Assembly (NCBI GenBank): GCA_947493575.1 | Contig: CANLRQ010000007.1 | Location: 40,208-104,207 of the forward strand | From: an uncultured Marinomonas sp. | Lineage (GTDB): Bacteria; Pseudomonadota; Gammaproteobacteria; Pseudomonadales; Marinomonadaceae | Length of the DNA stretch: 64,000 bases | Direction: 5' to 3' | In this document: positions 58,384 to 64,000 of the stretch, one piece after another | How positions within the stretch are numbered: the stretch's first letter is position 1 | Layout: every line of letters starts with the position of its first letter | Translations under genes and position numbers: made by a program | The notes under the pieces: generated by a model | Seen by the model: the letters and a program-made list of their open reading frames with translations, nothing else | What the model was told of the DNA's origin: nothing | Databases searched by the model: none

Positions 58384-59848
58384 GATCCAATACCTCCCAA
58401 TGGCCAGTTTTGGCTGAGCCATGACGCTTGATATAGTTATGTTTTTTTAACCACTTTATATTATTTTCTATGGCAGTTTTGCTGATGCTGATTATGTGTG
58501 CCAACTCTGTGGCGGAAATAGTGTTATTTTTCATGATTGCTATCATAATTTTTTTACGGTTATCGCCCAACCTATCACCCAACCCATCACCCAACCTATC
58601 ACCCAACCTATCACCCAACTTATCAATTGCCTTGGTAGATGTTTTGTTATCTAACGGTTTTTTTTGTGACTTGTTCTTGTTAACGACTTGGGTATTTATT
58701 CTAGGAAATTCCCAATCAATAAAGTCCCCAGTTTCTGTTAATGTTGGCAAAGCAACATCGGTATCTTGGCAATATTGCTTAATACGCGCTATGCCACTGC
58801 CCCATTGTTCAACAAGGTTAAGCTGTTTAAATACTCGGGCAATCACTGTGTTACGAATTTCTGAGCGGCCTTTAAGCACGTCACTCATTGTTAAACCGTT
58901 AGGTAAGCCACCTGGGGAAACAATGTTTAAAATATCATCGTAAACGCCTATTTTTATATCACGACCAACATTACTGTAATCTCGGTGCATAACGGCATTT
59001 AATAGGGCTTCGCGAATTGCGGGAATGGGGATTTCATAGGTGTCGGTTCGTTGTAAGCCTAACACCTCTGCATGTAAATGAAGGTGATTTTTGATAAAAG
59101 CTTCGGCTTGTTCTAATTGGCTAAAAATATCATTGCTATATTCTTTTTTATCTATAAATACAGCCATGGTATTACCTTTAAAACGACTGCACTTAATTTC
59201 TACATGCTCATAATGCCCCAATAAAATAAGCAAACCTATTGTGGGATACAGCTTATTAGCTGAATTTGAGCGGTCGTATTTTATCAGCTTGAGGTTTAAT
59301 AATTGCTGCTGATCAAGTGATTTATTTAATTGGTTAAACCTTGAGGTTAGGGGCGTTAAGTCAAGTTGGTCTAACTCTACCTCGTAGTCTATTTGTTCAT
59401 CAAAACTTATATTGCGCCTTTGTAACTCAAGTTCGGCTATTTTTTCTTGTCCAGCTACACGGTTGGTTGCGGCTAAACGAATATAACAAGCGGGAGCTTT
59501 GCCTTGTTGTTTTAGGTAATAGGGTAGCGATGGACCTCGAAAGACTTCAATCACTAAAAGCTCTACATTGTTAATATTTTCAATATAGATTTCGGGTAAT
59601 AATGTTGGCGCGCAGTAATCATAAATAATGGATGACACCCGATCTTTTAATTCAAAAATATCAACGTCACCCAAGCCAATTAAGCCGCGTTGGTCGTCAA
59701 CACCTATTATTAATTTACCACCCGCCGTGTTAGCAAAAGCGACTAAGGTTTTAGCTAATGCATCACCTTTAGGAAGTTGCTGCTTAAACTCTAGTACTTT
59801 AGATTCACCCTGCTGTATTTCAATATATAAAGGGTGCTTAATTTCCAT
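58373..59848 (-). CDS. Schlafen/AlbA_2 domain plus HATPase_c_4 plus wHTH protein (RM-associated ATP-binding protein)
   Basis: GESKVLEFK...VAFANTAGGKLIIGVDD; REALLNAVMHRDY; SPGGLP; RNTVIARVF; EQWGSGI. Confidence 0.88.
   Translation of the reverse strand: MEIKHPLYIEIQQGESKVLEFKQQLPKGDALAKTLVAFANTAGGKLIIGVDDQRGLIGLGDVDIFELKDRVSSIIYDYCAPTLLPEIYIENINNVELLVIEVFRGPSLPYYLKQQGKAPACYIRLAATNRVAGQEKIAELELQRRNISFDEQIDYEVELDQLDLTPLTSRFNQLNKSLDQQQLLNLKLIKYDRSNSANKLYPTIGLLILLGHYEHVEIKCSRFKGNTMAVFIDKKEYSNDIFSQLEQAEAFIKNHLHLHAEVLGLQRTDTYEIPIPAIREALLNAVMHRDYSNVGRDIKIGVYDDILNIVSPGGLPNGLTMSDVLKGRSEIRNTVIARVFKQLNLVEQWGSGIARIKQYCQDTDVALPTLTETGDFIDWEFPRINTQVVNKNKSQKKPLDNKTSTKAIDKLGDRLGDRLGDGLGDRLGDNRKKIMIAIMKNNTISATELAHIISISKTAIENNIKWLKKHNYIKRHGSAKTGHWEVLDHGK
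58561..58620. repeat. In-frame 12-bp VNTR (5 copies, encoding LGDR-like units)
   Basis: TATCACCCAACC x5 with single variants. Confidence 0.9.
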
Positions 59849-61508
59849 AACCCAGCACCTCCAAATTTTGACGAATCGCTTTGTCTAGCTCTTCTGCCTG
59901 TTCCATTTGGCTATATAAGGTTTGGCTTAGCTCTTTCATTTTAACTTCAAATGGGACGCCATCGTCTTCAATTTCGGCAGCACCCACGTAACGACCCGGT
60001 GTTAATACGTAATCGTTGGCTTTGATGGACGTTCTCGGCTTCCTGCCTTCCACGTCACTAGTACTTCCCTGTACGTCGTCATCAAGTGGCACACTGGCAC
60101 AAAAGCCTGCGATATCCTGATAATCGCCATCGAGTTTTTTCCATTCATGGTAGGTACGAGCGATTTCAGCGATATCATCTGTGGTTAATTCTTTATTGGT
60201 ACGGCTGATCATTGAGCCCATTTCACGAGCATCAATAAATAAGGTTTCACCTTGGCGGTTGCGGGTCGCTCCTGTGCGTCCTGCACCCGCGACATTAGTG
60301 TTTCCTTGCACGTCATAGCCTGCGGTGCCTTTCTTGTTTTTGGTGATAAACCATAAACACACTGGAATTTGTGTGGTGTAGAAAAGCTGCCCCGGTAAGG
60401 CGATCATACAATCCACTAGGTCTTGCTCGATGATTTTTTGGCGAATGGCACCTTCACCGCTGGTATTTGAGCTCATTGAGCCATTGGCTAGTACAAAACC
60501 CGCGGTGCCGTTTTCACTGAGTTTTGAGATCATGTGCATGATCCACGCGTAGTTGGCATTGCCTGTTGGTGGTACATCAAAGCCCGCCCAACGGCCATCG
60601 TCGACTAATTCACTATCAGAGCGCCATTGTTTTTGGTTGAATGGTGGATTTGCCATGATAAAGTCAGCTTTTAAATCTGGGTGTTGGTCTTTAAAAAAGC
60701 TGTCTCCGGCCACTTCACCTAAATTACCTGAAATACCGCGAACTGCTAGGTTCATTTTGGCTAGCTTGTAGGTGGTGTTGGTGTATTCCTGACCGTAAAT
60801 TGAAATGTCTTTGCGGTTGCCTTTGTGGCTGTCGATAAACTTTAACGACTGCACAAACATACCACCTGAGCCACAACAGGGATCGTAAATTTTACCTTTA
60901 TAAGGCTCTATCATTTCAGCAATGAGTGCTACCACTGATTTTGGCGTATAGAACTCTCCCCCGCCTTTACCTTCGCTTGAGGCAAACTTACCTAAGAAAT
61001 ATTCGTAAACTCGACCAACTAAATCTTCCTCGGTCATTTCACATTCGCTAGCCGCAGTGTCGATGTTGTTAATCGTATCGATAAGTGAGGCAAGCTTGCT
61101 GGTAACAAGCCCTAAACGGCTAAAATAGTTTTCTGGTAATGCACCTTTTAATGACGGGTTGTTCTTTTCAACCGTGTGCAATGCGGTATCAATTTTTACC
61201 GCAATGTCGTCTTGCTTCATGTTCTTTTTTATAAAGGTCCAACGAGCCTCTTCTGGCAGATAGAACACGTTGTCCTGCATGTAAAACTCAACTTGGTCAA
61301 TAAAGTCACCCATGCCACCGTCAATCAAGGCTTGGCGTTTGTCTTCAAACTTATCACTGATAAATTTTAAGAAAATAAGACTTAATACCACATGCTTGTA
61401 TTCAGACGATTCAACACTACCACGTAGCTTATTCGCGGTATCCCATAAGGTTTCTTCAAAATTGGTGTTATTGGAAGCGCTACTTTTTTTGCTTTTAGCG
61501 GTTGTCAT
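59838..61508 (-). CDS. hsdM: Type I RM methyltransferase subunit (m6A)
   Basis: GEFYTP, DPCCGSGG, ANPPFN, LTPGRYVG; start MTTAKS at 61508. Confidence 0.96.
   Translation of the reverse strand: MTTAKSKKSSASNNTNFEETLWDTANKLRGSVESSEYKHVVLSLIFLKFISDKFEDKRQALIDGGMGDFIDQVEFYMQDNVFYLPEEARWTFIKKNMKQDDIAVKIDTALHTVEKNNPSLKGALPENYFSRLGLVTSKLASLIDTINNIDTAASECEMTEEDLVGRVYEYFLGKFASSEGKGGGEFYTPKSVVALIAEMIEPYKGKIYDPCCGSGGMFVQSLKFIDSHKGNRKDISIYGQEYTNTTYKLAKMNLAVRGISGNLGEVAGDSFFKDQHPDLKADFIMANPPFNQKQWRSDSELVDDGRWAGFDVPPTGNANYAWIMHMISKLSENGTAGFVLANGSMSSNTSGEGAIRQKIIEQDLVDCMIALPGQLFYTTQIPVCLWFITKNKKGTAGYDVQGNTNVAGAGRTGATRNRQGETLFIDAREMGSMISRTNKELTTDDIAEIARTYHEWKKLDGDYQDIAGFCASVPLDDDVQGSTSDVEGRKPRTSIKANDYVLTPGRYVGAAEIEDDGVPFEVKMKELSQTLYSQMEQAEELDKAIRQNLEVLGYGN
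60027..60077 (-). repeat. 51-bp in-frame repeat insertion in hsdM (DVQGSTSDVEGRKPRTS)
   Basis: Related to 60264-60314 (18/24 nt identical at the 5' end, same length). Confidence 0.7.
60264..60314 (-). repeat. 51-bp in-frame repeat insertion in hsdM (DVQGNTNVAGAGRTGAT)
   Basis: Interrupts the FITKNK...R.GETLFIDAR region; related to 60027-60077. Confidence 0.7.
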
Positions 61509-61546
61509 GTGCTTTCGTCCTTTAAAAATTTTCACTTTTATACTTA

Positions 61547-61686
61547 AAGGCCTGTGCACGAAGTTATGAGCGATGATAAGACGAGGCAAAAACAGACGAA
61601 AAAGCGGAGTTTATAAATTATAAATACACATTTTGAGTCTATTTTTAACAAAGTATTAGCAAGCGTAATAGTCGTGCAAAGGTCTC
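61547..61686. mobile_element. MITE family A, 140 bp, 5-bp TSD ACTTA, in the hsdM upstream region
   Basis: AAGGCCTGTGCACG...CGTGCAAAGGTCTC; ACTTA on both flanks. Confidence 0.85.
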
Positions 61687-61769
61687 ACTTAAATTTTTTA
61701 TCAATGGCTCGATGTAACGATACGTCCCACTTCAGGCATACTTTCAAGCAGCGCTACTTTATCAAAAAC

Positions 61770-61920
61770 TTCATTAACCCATTTTTCAGCTGCTAATGGA
61801 TTATCTAGAAAAAATTATTCGCAAGAAACGAACGCCTACTATAAGAAAGTTACTATAAAAAAGTTACTATAAAAAAGCCAAGCTCGTATTTTTAATAGGA
61901 AGCTTGGCTTAATGTTGTCT
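61770..61920 (+). repeat. Direct repeat bounding the RM cassette (copy 2), includes the likely dcd terminator
   Basis: Matches 48096-48231, with an extra ~14-bp tandem duplication (AAGTTACTATAAAA). Confidence 0.92.
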
Positions 61921-61946
61921 CAGTCTACTGGTATTTAGCTTTATGA

Positions 61947-62540
61947 TTAACGCAGTTTTTCATCATTACTAATACGACTACCGACAGCAGAACTCTGGTC
62001 ACGGTACTTGGCGTTGTCCCGTTTATTATAAGGGCGGTCGGCTGGGCCAGACATGGTTTCGAAGTTAATCGCGCCAATGGTCATTCCGGGACGCACGGCA
62101 AGGGGAAGTTTACCGCCGTTTAAAAATTCTAACACGATGCCACCACTCCAACCGGGATCAATTCTGTGTGCGGTAACGTGTACCATTAACCCCAATCTCG
62201 CCAGTGAAGAACGGCCATCTAACCAGCCTACTAAATGTTCTGGTAAGGTAATGGATTCTTTCGTGACTCCTAGCACCAATTCACCGGGATGGATAAAGAA
62301 AGGCTCGCCATCTGGTAAGATAATTTCATCTCCCATTACCGATTCTATGGTTTTGTTTAACGCTTCTTTAGGGCCACTAAGATCCAGATAAGGTGCGGGG
62401 TGCCCTTGAAAAACTCGAAATGAATTCCCCAAGGTTAGATCAACAGACACACCACTGATGGCCGCATTTTCAGGTCTTGGCTCAATGGATATTACGCCTT
62501 CATCTAGGGCGGCTATGATATCTCGGTCACACAAACGCAT
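61947..62540 (-). CDS. dcd: dCTP deaminase
   Basis: [31 protein letters not shown]...LE. Confidence 0.96.
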   Translation of the reverse strand: MRLCDRDIIAALDEGVISIEPRPENAAISGVSVDLTLGNSFRVFQGHPAPYLDLSGPKEALNKTIESVMGDEIILPDGEPFFIHPGELVLGVTKESITLPEHLVGWLDGRSSLARLGLMVHVTAHRIDPGWSGGIVLEFLNGGKLPLAVRPGMTIGAINFETMSGPADRPYNKRDNAKYRDQSSAVGSRISNDEKLR

Positions 62541-62549
62541 TAATTTTCC

Positions 62550-63626
62550 TTAGTCATCACTCATGCCTATGATTGGCATTTCAAAAGAAGTATTTGAATT
62601 GGCAAGAGTAGCACCAAGCTTACGTGCAATCGAATGATAAATTGCAGCGACGTCACTTTTTTCATCTTTAACTACAGGAGGAATACCCGCATCACTTTGT
62701 TTACGAATGGCTAAACTAAGTGGCAGTTTGCCCAATACATTCACATCAAATTCTTCTGCCAACGCATCTCCACCTTCATCACCAAAAATGGCTTCATGAT
62801 GGCCGCAATTAGAACAAATGTGTGTCGACATGTTTTCCACCACACCCAATACTGGAATCTGTACTTTGCGGAACATTTCAATTCCACGACGTGCATCCAA
62901 CAAGGCAATGTCTTGTGGTGTGGTGACTATGACCGAGCCTGCAACAGGTACCTTTTGTGATAACGTCAGTTGAATGTCCCCAGTACCCGGTGGCATATCA
63001 ACAAATAAGAAGTCTAGGTCGTCCCAGTCCGTTTGTGTCAGCAACTGCATTAACGCCCCCGTGACCATAGGCCCACGCCAAGCAACAGGCGTATCTTTGG
63101 TCATCAAAAAGGCCATGGACATCACCTGTACACCGTGAGCTACTGGTGGAATAAAGAATTTTTCGTCACGCACTTGAGGGCGAGTGTCCGCATCAAAACC
63201 CAACATCATCCCTTGGCTCGGGCCGTAAATGTCCGCATCTAAAATACCGACTTTAGCGCCTGCTTGAGCCATCGCCAAAGCAAGGTTAACGGTTGTTGTT
63301 GATTTACCTACTCCACCTTTACCTGATGCCACGGCAATCACATTTTTCACACCCGTCATACCGGGTAAATTGCCTTGTGTGCCGTATGTACCGATTTGGC
63401 TTACGATGGTTAAATTAATTGGACGAGTTTCACCCAATTGCCCAAGTGTGGCTTGAATACGAGCAACTAAACTGTCTTGCTCTGTTTGTGCCGCATAAGG
63501 CAAGTTAAGTGTCAGATTAATTGACTCAGGTAGGCTTGTCAGTTGCCAAACATCACCATAAGCTGTGTTTAAGTTTTCATCTTGCAATGCTTTTAATTCA
63601 GACACTATTTGCAGGTCAGTCAGCAT
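62550..63626 (-). CDS. apbC: Fe-S cluster carrier ATPase ApbC/Mrp
   Basis: SGKGGVGKST, DADIYGPS, WRGPM, DMPPGTGD, ENMS..ICSNC. Confidence 0.95.
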   Translation of the reverse strand: MLTDLQIVSELKALQDENLNTAYGDVWQLTSLPESINLTLNLPYAAQTEQDSLVARIQATLGQLGETRPINLTIVSQIGTYGTQGNLPGMTGVKNVIAVASGKGGVGKSTTTVNLALAMAQAGAKVGILDADIYGPSQGMMLGFDADTRPQVRDEKFFIPPVAHGVQVMSMAFLMTKDTPVAWRGPMVTGALMQLLTQTDWDDLDFLFVDMPPGTGDIQLTLSQKVPVAGSVIVTTPQDIALLDARRGIEMFRKVQIPVLGVVENMSTHICSNCGHHEAIFGDEGGDALAEEFDVNVLGKLPLSLAIRKQSDAGIPPVVKDEKSDVAAIYHSIARKLGATLANSNTSFEMPIIGMSDD

Positions 63627-63950
63627 GAAACGCTTCTCCTAAAATAAAATATGGGAAGTACAGCTAAGAATACTCCATTAATTGTGAAAAAATGGGGGCA
63701 TTTACCATAAAAGCAAGCCCAGCACTTGCACCTATTTCAGTGGTTCTTATAATTACGCGGTTAGATTTTAGCAGCGTCACGATTCTTACTTTCTTCTATT
63801 GTCGTACTTTTGCAATAAAAGGCCACTTTAGGTGCTGAAAAGGCTCGTCCGCCACACTCAAATCCGTAAATTTTTCTTTTTTTGACTTACCTATTTACCC
63901 GTCACAGAAAAGTTTACTGAATGTCATCATATTTAATAGGCTTACGTAAA

Positions 63951-64000
63951 ATGGCTCACTCGCAACGCAAAATTTTAGTTACTAGCGCCCTTCCATATGC
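63951..64000 (+). CDS. metG: Methionyl-tRNA synthetase, N-terminus only (runs off the window edge)
   Basis: MAHSQRKILVTSALPY; conserved divergent apbC-metG arrangement. Confidence 0.88.
   Translation, partial: MAHSQRKILVTSALPY

Noticed and set aside
61509-61589. Longer hsdM start in the ORF track, and similar extensions for recD, recB, the DEAD-box helicase and 33563
   Set aside because: The extensions run through a MITE or overlap a neighbouring gene. Downstream ATGs match the family N-termini.

Overview
64-kb chromosomal window from an AT-rich marine gammaproteobacterium. Marinomonas-like is an inference from gene content and a close LodA/LodB match recalled from the literature. Bases 1-21.4 kb are housekeeping: pyrF (partial), lapB, lapA, ihfB, ppa, trxB, moeB-like, gsk, cheW, Tim44-like, trpS, recD/recB/recC, tRNA-Ala(GGC), an EAL-HDOD protein, a flavoprotein and tRNA-Leu(CAA). 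Bases 61.9-64 kb are core again (dcd, apbC/mrp, start of metG). The ~40 kb between tRNA-Leu and dcd is an accessory region in which I found no integrase. It holds regulator/enzyme pairs, a MalT-like regulator with a beta-barrel gene, an RsbQ-like hydrolase with a PAS-GGDEF protein, the lysine epsilon-oxidase operon lodAB, toxin-antitoxin modules and relics, two MITE families and a type I restriction-modification cassette. Most notable: (1) an uncharacterised two-gene operon encoding a GHKL/HATPase and a tandem degenerate PRTase, a candidate defence system; (2) a type I RM locus bracketed by 136/151-bp direct repeats, with cargo genes punctuated by duplicated hsdR 5' stubs and an hsdM 3' stub, like an integrase-free cassette array; (3) a 178-aa ORF facing a candidate structured ncRNA, the pair flanked by ~90-bp direct repeats; (4) two 51-bp in-frame repeat insertions inside hsdM. 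All family assignments come from motif recognition by eye; no database search was run.
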